A stretch of 64,000 bases of DNA, taken from positions 242,025-306,024 of the forward strand of contig CAXXMR010000020.1 in the NCBI GenBank assembly GCA_963663805.2. The letters run 5' to 3'. Made by a program: the position numbers and the translations under genes. The notes beneath the pieces are model-generated. The model searched no databases. It was not told the origin of the DNA and saw only the letters and a list, made by a program, of their open reading frames with translations. Below, piece after piece: positions 29,257 to 39,300 of the stretch; positions within the stretch are counted from its first letter, which is position 1, and each line of letters starts with the position of its first letter. This stretch comes from Sedimentisphaerales bacterium (lineage in GTDB: Bacteria > Planctomycetota > Phycisphaerae > Sedimentisphaerales > SM23-30).

Positions 29257-29555
29257 GCCAGCCAGAGAGATTGTCACGCGGGAACTAATCTTAGGCAATG
29301 AATCTGATACCTTGCGGGCAGAAATAAAACAAAAACTGCGAAATAAGTGACAAAAATTTAAAAAAATTAGCTTTTTCGGCCAAAAAACTTAAAAAAAAAC
29401 CTCAAAAAACGGTCCGTTAAGCCAATTTCGCGCTGGAAATTCCGCCCTCAGGAACGCAAAAAAAATCTAGGGTTTATCTTCAAGCCTTCCCTAACTATAA
29501 TTACCAGAAAGGTAATGAAAAACCCAACATACTTGTTGAAAAGCACTTAAAACAC

Positions 29556-30785
29556 ATGCCTCAATACACATACCAGGCTATCAATCGCTCCGGCCAAACA
29601 ATCAACGGCCAAATCAACACCAAATCCACAAAACAAGCAATTGCCCAACTTGCCGAAAATGGAATTTTTGTCCACGAAATCAAACTCGCCGACTCTGCAA
29701 ATCCCGAATCTAAAAAGAGTTACATCGGACCAGTTTCAAGGCTCAAACTCTCCGAGCGGGAGAGAGCCGAGTTTATTCGTCAGTTGGCAACCGCGCTGCA
29801 AGCAAAATTCCCACTACTGACAGCCCTCCACGTGGTAGGGCAGCAGAACCCTTCAAAGGTTATCAAAAAACTGGTTACGGAAATTTCCGATATCATAACC
29901 GCAGGCCAGAGCTTCTCTTACGCTATTGCCCGGTTCCCTAAGGTTTTCGATAAGATGCACATTTCCATGATTGCTGTCGGCGAATCCGCCGGCGACCTCG
30001 AACACGCCACCGAACATTTGGCCACCCTAATCGAGCGAGACCAGGAAACCCGCAGCAATATTCTCACCGCCAGTTTGTATCCCGCTTTTGTACTCTGTCT
30101 GGGCTTAATATCTGTCGCCGTGGTAGTTACGTGGATTATGCCCCAGATTCTCGGTACCCTGGCCGGTGATACTTCGGTTTTGCCCTGGGCTACCCGGGCA
30201 ATTATCAGTGTCAGTGACTTCCTCAGACATTTCGGCTGGCTGGCAGTAGTCGCCGTCCTTCTTTTTGGGCTCGTATTACGTCGCTGGGCCCGCACCAAGA
30301 CAGGTCGCTTTGTTTTTGATGGCCTGAAACTCCGTATCCCTATATTGGGCACTGTGTTACAGAAATGGGCGGTAGCTCGTTTCGCCCGGACTCTGGGCAC
30401 GCTCTGTCATGGTGGTGTCGATATTCTCGAAGCATTGGCCATTACTCGAAACAGTCTGGGCAACGAAGTTTTGGCCCGAGAGGTTGACCAGCTGGCCACT
30501 CAGGTTCGTGCCGGAAAAACGCTGGCCCGGCCTTTACGCCAGTCAGGGAGATTTCCGGCACTCCTGGTGCAGATAGTCGCTATAGGCGAGGAGACGGGTC
30601 AGTTGCCCGACCTGCTGCTCAAGGCCGCCGACAGTTTCGATCGTGACACATCCGTTGCTATCAAAAGGTTTATGGCCCTTTTTCCGGCGATACTTATCTT
30701 TATTCTCGCCTTGATAGTGGGGTTCATCGTAATGGGAACGCTTCTGCCCATCGTACAAATCGAAACCACGATGCCTGGAATTTGA
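29556..30785 (+). CDS. type II secretion system F / PilC family platform protein
   Basis: MPQYTYQA start, GESAGDL, YPAFV, GEETGQL repeats. Confidence 0.93.
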   Translation: MPQYTYQAINRSGQTINGQINTKSTKQAIAQLAENGIFVHEIKLADSANPESKKSYIGPVSRLKLSERERAEFIRQLATALQAKFPLLTALHVVGQQNPSKVIKKLVTEISDIITAGQSFSYAIARFPKVFDKMHISMIAVGESAGDLEHATEHLATLIERDQETRSNILTASLYPAFVLCLGLISVAVVVTWIMPQILGTLAGDTSVLPWATRAIISVSDFLRHFGWLAVVAVLLFGLVLRRWARTKTGRFVFDGLKLRIPILGTVLQKWAVARFARTLGTLCHGGVDILEALAITRNSLGNEVLAREVDQLATQVRAGKTLARPLRQSGRFPALLVQIVAIGEETGQLPDLLLKAADSFDRDTSVAIKRFMALFPAILIFILALIVGFIVMGTLLPIVQIETTMPGI

Positions 30786-30794
30786 CATCTTTTT

Positions 30795-31935
30795 ATGGTC
30801 GAAACACATATTACCAAAGTTTTTATCTCCGCCGCGGAAACCTCCGGTGACAAACACGCCGCTCATCTAATTAACGCTCTGAAGGTCCAGATTCCCCGTG
30901 TGAAAACGGACGGTCTGGGCGGGTCGGCGATGGAAAAGGCGGGATGTAATTTGCTGGAAAATCTCATCGAGCGCAGTGCCATGCTGGGGGCGGCGGTCAA
31001 ACAGATACCTTTTTATCATAAGCTACTCAAGCGGGTTAAAGCATATTTGCTGGAAGAAACGCCTGATTTGGTGATTCTGGTTGATTCACCGGCGTGGAAT
31101 TTTCATATCGCCAAAGCCGCCCGGCAGCTGGGTATTCCGGTACTTTATTATATCGCGCCGCAACTCTGGGCCTGGGGGGCATGGCGGCTGAAGAAGCTGC
31201 GTAATAATGTTGATAAGGTTGCTTGTATTCTGCCGTTTGAGGAGGAATGGTTCAGGTCACGCGGGGTTCCGGCTGAATATGTCGGGCATCCGTTGTTTGA
31301 TGATTCGCATTTGAGTATTACTTATCCGGGTGAGTCGGGCAATAATAATACTGCTCCAACGGTTGCATTATTGCCGGGTTCACGGAGTCAGGAAATCGAA
31401 AAGCTCTGGAAGCCGATGCTGACAATTGCTTTGAATATTCGGCGGAAATATCCTAACACGGTTTTTCTGACAACGGCTTCAAACGAAAAAAATGAACAGC
31501 AGATGCGTCAGGCCCTGCCGGACGATTTTGATATTGAGTTCAGGGATCGCGGCATCGAAGCGGTTACCCGTTACGCCGATTTGACTCTGGTAGCTTCGGG
31601 AACGGCCACTCTGGAGGTGGCGGCTCAGGCATGCCCAATGATAGTAATGTATCATATCAATCCTGTCAGTTGGAATCTTGTCGGACGTTTGCTTATCAAG
31701 ACGAAGCATTTGAGTCTGGTCAATATTCTGGCGGGAGTAGAGCTGGTGCCGGAATATATGCCGTTTTTCCATCAGGAACAGGAAGTTTCGGAGGTTGCTT
31801 TAGAGATTCTGGGCAGCGAAGAACGGAAAAAACGCTTTGCGAAAGTCACTGCGAAATCTAATGAAGCCAATTCTAAAACCCGGAGCGGCGGAACGAGTGG
31901 CGGTTATCGCCAGACAAATGATTCAGAACGTCTAA
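30795..31935 (+). CDS. lpxB: lipid-A-disaccharide synthase (frameshift at A6 run 31827-31832)
   Basis: ETSGD.HAA, YYIAPQLWAW, YVGHP, LLPGSR, SGTATLE; removing one A gives a plausible end ...PGAAERVAVIARQMIQNV* at 31935. Confidence 0.92.
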
Positions 31936-32051
31936 GCCGTGCTATCGAGTACTTTTTCAGGGATTTTCACCCCAAAAAGGCAATATAGTATCCCAATATG
32001 TAATTACCAGTTGCAAAAAGCCCCTGATATCACTACTATTACTCTCCCAAT

Positions 32052-32134
32052 GCGAGCGTGGCGGAATTGGCAGACGCGCTAGATTTAGGTTCTAGTACCC
32101 GAAGGGTGTGGAGGTTCGACTCCTCTCGCTCGCA
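32052..32134 (+). tRNA. tRNA-Leu(TAG)
   Basis: GCGAGCG/CGCTCGC acceptor stem, CTAGA-TTTAGGT-TCTAG anticodon arm, long variable arm, GGTTCGAC T-loop; CCA not encoded. Confidence 0.97.
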
Positions 32135-32310
32135 TTTTTTTAACTTATTTATTCACAAGTATTTAATCATTGAAAATTACCTGACTACTTTTAATGCCTT
32201 GGACAGGATTACAGGATTATTTTTATTTAACAGATAACGGCAAAAGAAGATTAACAGGATTGTAAGCGTTCACAGCATTTCAAATTGAGCGGCATCGATA
32301 CGATTATGCT

Positions 32311-32472
32311 GCCCTTGCAGGGCGAAAGAATATGTTGGCCATGTTTTGCCAGGGTGTCGTTCGCTTTGCTCACTTTGCCCTGGGCTAAGTTATGTCGGCC
32401 TTTCAGGCCTGGCAAGGTTTCGGCCTGGGGCCGAGATTTATCTTATTATCCGGCGGCTTGCGCCACTCGGCT
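32311..32472 (+). repeat. cluster of REP-like palindromes
   Basis: GCCCTTGCAGGGC, CCAGGG...CCCTGG, GGCCTTTCAGGCC and TCCGGCGGCTTGCGCCACTCGGCT hairpins. Confidence 0.65.
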
Positions 32473-32500
32473 TTTGCGCTTTTATGAGACCGGGGTTGGG

Positions 32501-33952
32501 TTAGATTCCGTATTCGGTCCAGCGTTTGTCTACCATTTTCTTGATCTCGGCGGGCATTTCGATTTTTGGGGGCCAGGGTCTGAGGTGGCCTTCACCGGGG
32601 ATTTTTCGGGTGGCGTCAATGCCCATTTTACTGCCGGCACATAGATAGCTTGCGGCATGGTCGAGGGCATCTACGGGGCCGTCTACCAGGCAGGTGTCGC
32701 GACGAGGATCGACGTGGGCACCAAGATGGAAAATCACCTGGTCGAGGTCGTGCACGTCAACTTCGGCGTCGAAAACCACAATGAATTTACTGAACATTAA
32801 CTGTCCCATACCCCAGATGGCGTGCATGACTTTTCGGGCTTGATAGGGATATGATTTTTTGATGCTGACGAAGCAGAAATTGTGGAATACGCCAGCGGCG
32901 GGGAGGTGGTAATCGACCACTTCGGGCAGAATCATTTGTACGAGGGGCAGGAAGATACGCTCGGTGGCGAGGCCCAGGTAATAATCTTCCATAGGCGGGA
33001 CACCCACGATAGTTGCGGGGTAGATTGCGTTGTGTCTCATGGTGATGGCAGAGACGGTGAAGCGTGGGTATGGTTCGGGCATGGTGTAGTAGCCGGTGTG
33101 GTCGCCGAAGGGGCCTTCGGGTACTAGGTCGGTGGGGTCAACGGTGCCTTCGACAACGATTTCGGCATGGGCGGGTACTTCAAGGTCGATACTGACGCAT
33201 TTAACGGTTTCGACGGCTTTTTGACGCAGGAAACCGGCAAAGAGCAGTTCGTCCATGCCGGGCGGCAGGGGTGCGGATGCCGCATAGCTGAGGGCTGGGT
33301 CGCCGCCCATGACGAGGGCGACGGGCATTAGTTGTCCCTTTTTTTCGTAACCGCGGAAATGTTCGGCTCCGTCATGGTGAATTTGCCAATGAGCGGCGCA
33401 GGTGTGTTTATCAAGTTTCTGCATGCGGTACATGCCGACATTGCGTTTGCCGGTGTGGATGTCTTGGCTATAGATACCGGCGAAGGTAAAGTATCTTCCG
33501 CCGTCTTCGGGCCAGCATTTGAGTATGGGCAGCAGGTCTAGGTCGGCCTCTTTATCGCGGAGGATGATTTCCTGGCAGGGTGCTTTTTTGATGGTTTTGG
33601 GGGCCAGGGAGGCCAGCGAGGCTAGTTCGGGCAGTTTACGGATTTTGCCCATCAGGGTGTCGGGTACTTCGGTCTGGAGGAGGTTTCTGATACGGTCGGC
33701 GATTTGGGTGAAGTCGTTTACTCTGAGGGCGCGGCACATTCGGGTTTTACTGCCGAGGGCGTTGATGAGCAGGGGGAGTCTGGAGCCTTTTACCTTTTCG
33801 AAGAGCAGGGCCTTGCCGCCGTGGGGACTTTTCATGACGCGATCGACGATTTCGGTGATTTCCAGCTCAGGATCGACCTCGACCGGGATGCGTACCAGGT
33901 CATTTCGCTGTTCCAGGTCAGCCAGAAAATCTCTTAAATCTGTATATGCCAT
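32501..33952 (-). CDS. UbiD family decarboxylase (menaquinone futalosine pathway, MqnL-like)
   Basis: NVGMYRMQ, EGPFGDHTGYY, KMGIDATRK. Confidence 0.9.
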   Translation of the reverse strand: MAYTDLRDFLADLEQRNDLVRIPVEVDPELEITEIVDRVMKSPHGGKALLFEKVKGSRLPLLINALGSKTRMCRALRVNDFTQIADRIRNLLQTEVPDTLMGKIRKLPELASLASLAPKTIKKAPCQEIILRDKEADLDLLPILKCWPEDGGRYFTFAGIYSQDIHTGKRNVGMYRMQKLDKHTCAAHWQIHHDGAEHFRGYEKKGQLMPVALVMGGDPALSYAASAPLPPGMDELLFAGFLRQKAVETVKCVSIDLEVPAHAEIVVEGTVDPTDLVPEGPFGDHTGYYTMPEPYPRFTVSAITMRHNAIYPATIVGVPPMEDYYLGLATERIFLPLVQMILPEVVDYHLPAAGVFHNFCFVSIKKSYPYQARKVMHAIWGMGQLMFSKFIVVFDAEVDVHDLDQVIFHLGAHVDPRRDTCLVDGPVDALDHAASYLCAGSKMGIDATRKIPGEGHLRPWPPKIEMPAEIKKMVDKRWTEYGI

Positions 33953-34110
33953 GTTTGAACGCCTTTATACTCGATAATTTGTGATATTGAGTCTTATTAT
34001 GTGATACTTTCACTGAAAATGTTTGTATGTTGTCTTTTGAGAATTATAATGCCCGCAGATTAGATTGGCCAGTATACATTCGGCGAACTCCATACTGAGG
34101 AGATTAGGTT

Positions 34111-35208
34111 GTGGCGATAGATTTTGGGCCGGAACGTTGGGCGACGGTTAAGGAAACTTACGGGAAATTCTGGGCTGGGACGCTCGGTCGGCCAGTTATA
34201 CCGATCGAGCTGGCACCGGAAGAAGATGGTGGTGGTGATGATATTCCGCTGCTGGCGATGGATAATGTTCATCGGCTGGATATTCCGGCTGAGGCGGTTG
34301 TCGAACGGTGGGATAAGTATCTATCGGGTAAAGTTTATCTGGGTGACGCGTTTCCACGTTTTACGATGGTGGAGTATGGGCCGGGTTTGATGGCGGCGTT
34401 TATGGGTGGTCGACTGGATAATTCTACGGGGCTGGTTTGGTTTCATCCGGCGAAAGAGCAGGAAATCGAGGATATTCATTTTGAGTATGATCCGGAGAAT
34501 GTGTGGTTCAATCGCATCAAAGACCTTTGCCGGGCCGCGGTGGAACGCTGGGATGGTCAGGTTCAGGTATCTATGCCGGATTTGGGCGGGAATCTGGATG
34601 TATTATCGACTTTCAGACCTTCGGAAAAACTGCTGATGGACCTCATTGATAAGCCTGAGGAGGTCAAGCGGCTGGTCTGGGAGGCACATGAGCTATGGCA
34701 TCGCTATTACGCGGAGATAAATGAGATACTCCAGCCGGTTAATCCGGGTTATTCTGCCTGGGCTAATCTTTTAAGCGATGAACCTTATTATATGCTCCAG
34801 TGTGATTTCGCGTACATGATTGGGCCGGGCATGTTCGATGAGTTTTCTCTGCCGGAACTGAAGGCTACCTGCAAGAAACTGGGGAATCCGTTTTTCCATC
34901 TGGATGGGCCGGGTATGATTGGGCATCTGGACAGTTTGTTGGGTATCCCGGATCTGAAGGGGGTGCAATGGGTGCCGGGCAGCGGCCAGAAGACGGCGGG
35001 GCACTGGCCTGAGATATTCCAGAAGATTTATCAGGCGGGCCGGTTGATGCAGGTTACCTGTGCGACGTTTGAGGATTTGGATGCGATATTGCAAGTTGTC
35101 CCTGAACCGGGTAGGATTGCTTATAAAGGGAACGAGGTTGAGGGGGTATCTCTGGGTAGGCGAGACGAGGTTGTAAAGGCGCTTAAGCATTTCGGGTTGG
35201 AGTGCTGA
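34111..35208 (+). CDS. uroporphyrinogen decarboxylase/MtaA-like protein
   Basis: GPGLMAAF.G, PDLGGNLD, LQCDFAYMI, FHLDGPG, VQWVPG. Confidence 0.7.
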   Translation: MAIDFGPERWATVKETYGKFWAGTLGRPVIPIELAPEEDGGGDDIPLLAMDNVHRLDIPAEAVVERWDKYLSGKVYLGDAFPRFTMVEYGPGLMAAFMGGRLDNSTGLVWFHPAKEQEIEDIHFEYDPENVWFNRIKDLCRAAVERWDGQVQVSMPDLGGNLDVLSTFRPSEKLLMDLIDKPEEVKRLVWEAHELWHRYYAEINEILQPVNPGYSAWANLLSDEPYYMLQCDFAYMIGPGMFDEFSLPELKATCKKLGNPFFHLDGPGMIGHLDSLLGIPDLKGVQWVPGSGQKTAGHWPEIFQKIYQAGRLMQVTCATFEDLDAILQVVPEPGRIAYKGNEVEGVSLGRRDEVVKALKHFGLEC

Positions 35209-35223
35209 AGATGGCGGCAGGGT

Positions 35224-35880
35224 TTGCTGAAAAAATATCGACATGTAATCTGGGACTGGAACGGCACTCTGCTCGATGACGCAGCGGTGTGTGTGGGGAT
35301 ACTCAATTCGCTTTTGGCTAAACGCGGTCTGCCGGCGGTTGACTTGGATAGTTATCAGCGGGAGTTTGGGTTTCCGGTTCAGGGGTATTATGAGAAGGTT
35401 GGTTTTGATTTTGGACGTGAATCCTATAAGGATGTCGCGGATGAATATATAACCGCTTATGACCGAGAGCGTTATGGTTGCTCGCTGCGGTGCGGGGCGG
35501 TTGAGGTTCTTGGGTGGTTGCGGAATATGGGGGTGGGCAGTTCGATACTTTCGGCGTATCATCAGAAGGGGCTTGGGGAAATTGTGGAATACTTCGGGTT
35601 GGCTGGTTGGTTTGAGCACGTTTTTGGGCTCGATGATTATTGTGCCGCGTGCAAGATTGATTTGGCGCGGGTTATGCTGGACAAAATCGAATATTCTCCC
35701 GATGATCTTCTGATAGTTGGTGATACCATTCATGATTTTGAGGTTGCTCAGGCGTTGGGGGTTGATTGTTTGCTGACGGTCAGTGGTCATCAGTCCCGTG
35801 AGCGGCTGGAGGGGTGCGGGGTGACGGTGCTGGATTCACTGCTGGAGATACCAGATTTGCCGGAGTTGGGCGGTCTTTGA
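35224..35880 (+). CDS. HAD family hydrolase
   Basis: WDWNGTLLDD, GDTIHD. Confidence 0.92.
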   Translation: MLKKYRHVIWDWNGTLLDDAAVCVGILNSLLAKRGLPAVDLDSYQREFGFPVQGYYEKVGFDFGRESYKDVADEYITAYDRERYGCSLRCGAVEVLGWLRNMGVGSSILSAYHQKGLGEIVEYFGLAGWFEHVFGLDDYCAACKIDLARVMLDKIEYSPDDLLIVGDTIHDFEVAQALGVDCLLTVSGHQSRERLEGCGVTVLDSLLEIPDLPELGGL

Positions 35881-36270
35881 AATGCCGCCCGGATTCTGGC
35901 AGGCCCATCCTGAATCGAGAAACGATAAGTGTTTTACAGGTTAGGGTGTTACATCTTTATGCCCGTCTGATTTTCCAGTATTGACAAGAGCCTTAAAACT
36001 TCCATAATAGACTATCTGAAGCCCTTGTGGGCAGTTTTTGTAAGTCATTGTTTTTAATGCAGTTGCAGTTGTGCTTGTTCGGTTCCAAATGACAGGTCCG
36101 GTTGATTTTAGTCTGGATAGTGGTCTAGCAGTATTGAAAGGACCGATAAATTTGCCTGAAGTCCGATAAAAGTGTAAAGTTTTGAGAGTTCTTTTGTCGA
36201 AGAACATGGTAGTCGTACGAGTGAGGGTAGGATTCATCGGCCGGCGGATGACGCCCAAGCCGAGAAGCTA

Positions 36271-36292
36271 GCTGGTTCACGGATGAATCAGC
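36271..36292 (+). promoter_or_regulatory. CsrA/RsmA-type hairpin (CACGGATG)
   Basis: GCTGGTTCA-CGGA-TGAATCAGC 9-bp stem with GGA in the loop, in the leader of the parA-like gene. Confidence 0.55.
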
Positions 36293-36369
36293 GGGCCGTG
36301 TTGGTTTTGAAAGCCATAATCGGTCTGGGCATCGAACATGAGTGCGATCGTTAATGGACGAGGTGAACC

Positions 36370-37593
36370 ATGCGTTGTATCGCGGTAATAAATCAAAAAG
36401 GCGGTTGCGGCAAGACTACGGTGAGCATCAATCTATCTGCCGCTCTGGCAGTTGAAGGCCACAATACTTTGCTGGTGGATATGGACCCCCAAAGTCACTG
36501 CGCGGTGGGTTTGGCGGTGCCGGAAGACCAGATTGAGCGCAGTATTTATGATGTACTCATCGCTCGTCACTCGAATAGTAAACTTGCTCTCAAGGATGTT
36601 GTCTGGCAGATAGCTCAGGATTTTGATTTGGCTCCTTCGGGTATCGAACTGGCGGCTCTGGAACAGCAGCTTTCGGGGAAGGACCGTCGGGAAGACTGTC
36701 TTAAAGGTGTTTTGGCAGATTATGGCCAGGGCTATGATTATGTTATCGTGGACTGCCCTCCCAGTATTGGTTTACTGACATTTAACGCTTTGCGGGCGGC
36801 AGACGAGGTGGTGATACCGGTCGAAACCGGTTATTTCGCTCTGCATGGCCTTTCGCGTCAGCTTGAGACGCTGAATGTACTCAAACAGCAGTGCAATCAG
36901 GACATAATGTTCCGGGTGATAGCCAGTATGTACGATGTTCGTACCAAGCTGGCCCGCGAGGTTCTTAGCGAACTGAAAAAGAATTATAAGGCTGAGTTGT
37001 TTGAGACGGTGGTTAATTTCAATACGAAATTGAAAGAAGCGGCCAGTTTTGGTCAGCCCATAACAGAATATGACCCTGCCAGTAAAGGTATGCGTGATTT
37101 TGCGGCTTTGGCTCAGGAAATCACGAATTCTCTGGCGGCTAGTGAAAAGGCCGTTCATCGCGAGCAGGTTGTCAGTGTTGAGGACCGTTTGCGGGCCATC
37201 AGCAAATCGGCTGACCAGTTGCTCAGCGAAGCCAAGGAAATCGGTGGGGAACAGCCCAAGGTTGTTAAACTCGAAAATGCCCAGAAGGACTTGCAGGCTA
37301 AGATTGACAGTTTCTATGGCGTGCAGTGTAATCAGGGCAAGGTTAAATTTGCCAGCCTTTATCCCAAGGCCCAGACGGTTCAAATTGCTGGCGATTTCAA
37401 CAATTGGCAGCCCGAACAGACTCAACTGTCGCGTATCAGCGAGCAGGGGCGCTGGGAAACGGAGATGCCTCTGGATTGCGGCACGTATCGCTATCGCTAT
37501 GTAGTGGATGGCCAGTGGCATCAGGATCCGTATAACGAGCAGACCGAGGTTAATCCCTTTGGTGATTTGAATTCGTTGCTGGTTGTTCAGTAA
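36370..37593 (+). CDS. ParA/Soj family ATPase with C-terminal AMPK-beta-like glycogen-binding (CBM48) domain
   Basis: NQKGGCGKTT, DMDPQ, DCPPS; C-terminal AGDFNNW...YRYRYVVDGQW..DP.N. Confidence 0.9.
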   Translation: MRCIAVINQKGGCGKTTVSINLSAALAVEGHNTLLVDMDPQSHCAVGLAVPEDQIERSIYDVLIARHSNSKLALKDVVWQIAQDFDLAPSGIELAALEQQLSGKDRREDCLKGVLADYGQGYDYVIVDCPPSIGLLTFNALRAADEVVIPVETGYFALHGLSRQLETLNVLKQQCNQDIMFRVIASMYDVRTKLAREVLSELKKNYKAELFETVVNFNTKLKEAASFGQPITEYDPASKGMRDFAALAQEITNSLAASEKAVHREQVVSVEDRLRAISKSADQLLSEAKEIGGEQPKVVKLENAQKDLQAKIDSFYGVQCNQGKVKFASLYPKAQTVQIAGDFNNWQPEQTQLSRISEQGRWETEMPLDCGTYRYRYVVDGQWHQDPYNEQTEVNPFGDLNSLLVVQ

Positions 37594-37710
37594 TACGTCG
37601 GGTAAGCAGAAAACCCCCACCTTATGATGTTAGCAAGCGGGCCTGTGCAGTTCGGCTTGTGATATAACCTGGCGGGCTGTTTGCCCCCGTGCCTGAAGTA
37701 AAGGTTAGCG

Positions 37711-39285
37711 ATGAGTGTATTGCCGGACGAACCACGCTCCCGCGGAATAGAGTCTATTTCCCATCTTTTTCTTTCGCAGTTGTCCGAAGGTGACAGGCAG
37801 CGTCCTCAGCGGCGTGGGCCGGTTGTAGTCAAAGAAGATGAACAGGAAATTTCCTTAGATAACAGTTTGAAGCTGTCACATGCCCAAATGCTTTTGGCGG
37901 GCCATCTGGCTGAGCCTTTGCGGGCGATTCAGAAATATGCCCGCGGCGTTGTCGGCGATGGTTCGGGTACACTGCTTAGTCTGGCGGGCAATATGCTGCG
38001 GATGTTTGTCAAGGCTGGCGAGGGGACGGTTTGTGATACTCTGAATGAATGTCTGGAGTCCCTGCCGGGCCATTGTGAAAAAATGCTGATTTATATGGGG
38101 CGGGAATATCGGGATTCTTTAGGGGAAATGCTGGAACATTGCCGGCGGGCGGTGGTTTTTTGCGGCTGTGAGCCGGAAGACGTAATCGCGGGCTATCAGG
38201 AAATCAAGTGGCTGGTGACCGAGGTGGGGGTTCTGACCGAGATAGCTGTTTATGTAGTGCATGGGCCGGATGAGGTGCATCGGGCGGGCGAGGTTTATGA
38301 CCGGCTTAATCGTACGGTAAATGAATTTTTGGATATTGATGTCGAACGTGTTGAAGATTCGCAATTGAATTATCAGCATGAGCCTTTGCGTGAAATGCTC
38401 ACCATTGATAATGCCGACAGTGATGAAGTGATCGGTGGAATGGTCGGTTTTCTGGCGGGAGGCGAGTCTGAGAGACCGGGAGGCAGTGTCACGGAACAAC
38501 CAGAAGAAATTTCCGGAGAAAACCCCCCAGCCGACCATATCACCGATTTTTCCTCCTCTGAGACTGACGCGAATGTAGCTGAAATTAAACCGGTCGATGA
38601 GCCCGCAACGGGGATTGAAGGCGAAACAGAAGTAATTTCGATGCCGAACATTTTTGATGAGCTGCTGGAATACGACCAGCCTGATGAGTGTGAGGCTTCG
38701 GGTGGGGATTGGGAAGAAGAACCGTTAGAAACGGCAACTGATAAAGAAAGGGCCGCGATGGAATTGCAGTATGAGGCTCGAGGCGAAGCTGGTGGGAAAG
38801 TAAGCGGGTCTGAGCAGGGTCTGGGAAGCGTGCCGGTGATGTGTCCGATAGAAGTAGTGCGTTTCCCCGGCTCTGACGCTGAGCTGGCGGACCTTTTACA
38901 GTTGGCTTTGCCGGTCTGGCTGCATAGTGTGGCTTCGGCGGTGGCTTTGCCGGTGCGGATGCCGGAGATTAATGATAAGTCTATCCGGTTTCTGCTGGAC
39001 GCAGCGGGGCGGATACATATATTGGCTGGTCGGATAAGCGGCAGCAGTGAAATGGTTATGGATGCCCTGGCGGGGCGGAAGTGGCTCAAGAACAATATCA
39101 ACATGATCGCTGGTCAGTGTCGTCAACTGCGAGTTGATATTTCACTTGAGCCGGGACTGGTGCTGGTGGCGCAGGATAATGTTCAGGTACTGCGTAAGAG
39201 TCTGGACGCTTTTGAATTTCCGTGTGCGGTAATGCAGGCCCAGAAGCTGCAAACGGGTATGAATCGCTCCATGCTGATTTTCTAA
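37711..39285 (+). CDS. hypothetical protein, putative ParA partner (degenerate MinD/FlhG-like segment + acidic linker)
   Basis: 524-aa ORF co-oriented with parA; SISHLFLS N-terminal motif; E/D-rich middle. Confidence 0.7.
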   Translation: MSVLPDEPRSRGIESISHLFLSQLSEGDRQRPQRRGPVVVKEDEQEISLDNSLKLSHAQMLLAGHLAEPLRAIQKYARGVVGDGSGTLLSLAGNMLRMFVKAGEGTVCDTLNECLESLPGHCEKMLIYMGREYRDSLGEMLEHCRRAVVFCGCEPEDVIAGYQEIKWLVTEVGVLTEIAVYVVHGPDEVHRAGEVYDRLNRTVNEFLDIDVERVEDSQLNYQHEPLREMLTIDNADSDEVIGGMVGFLAGGESERPGGSVTEQPEEISGENPPADHITDFSSSETDANVAEIKPVDEPATGIEGETEVISMPNIFDELLEYDQPDECEASGGDWEEEPLETATDKERAAMELQYEARGEAGGKVSGSEQGLGSVPVMCPIEVVRFPGSDAELADLLQLALPVWLHSVASAVALPVRMPEINDKSIRFLLDAAGRIHILAGRISGSSEMVMDALAGRKWLKNNINMIAGQCRQLRVDISLEPGLVLVAQDNVQVLRKSLDAFEFPCAVMQAQKLQTGMNRSMLIF

Positions 39286-39300
39286 TCAGTCGGTTCGGGT

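Noticed and set aside
31936..31988. Extended LpxB C-terminus in the ORF track
   Set aside because: Product of the A6 frameshift; the corrected frame ends at 31935
32135..32500. Integrative element at tRNA-Leu or tmRNA
   Set aside because: No integrase and no duplicated tRNA/tmRNA 3' end seen in the window
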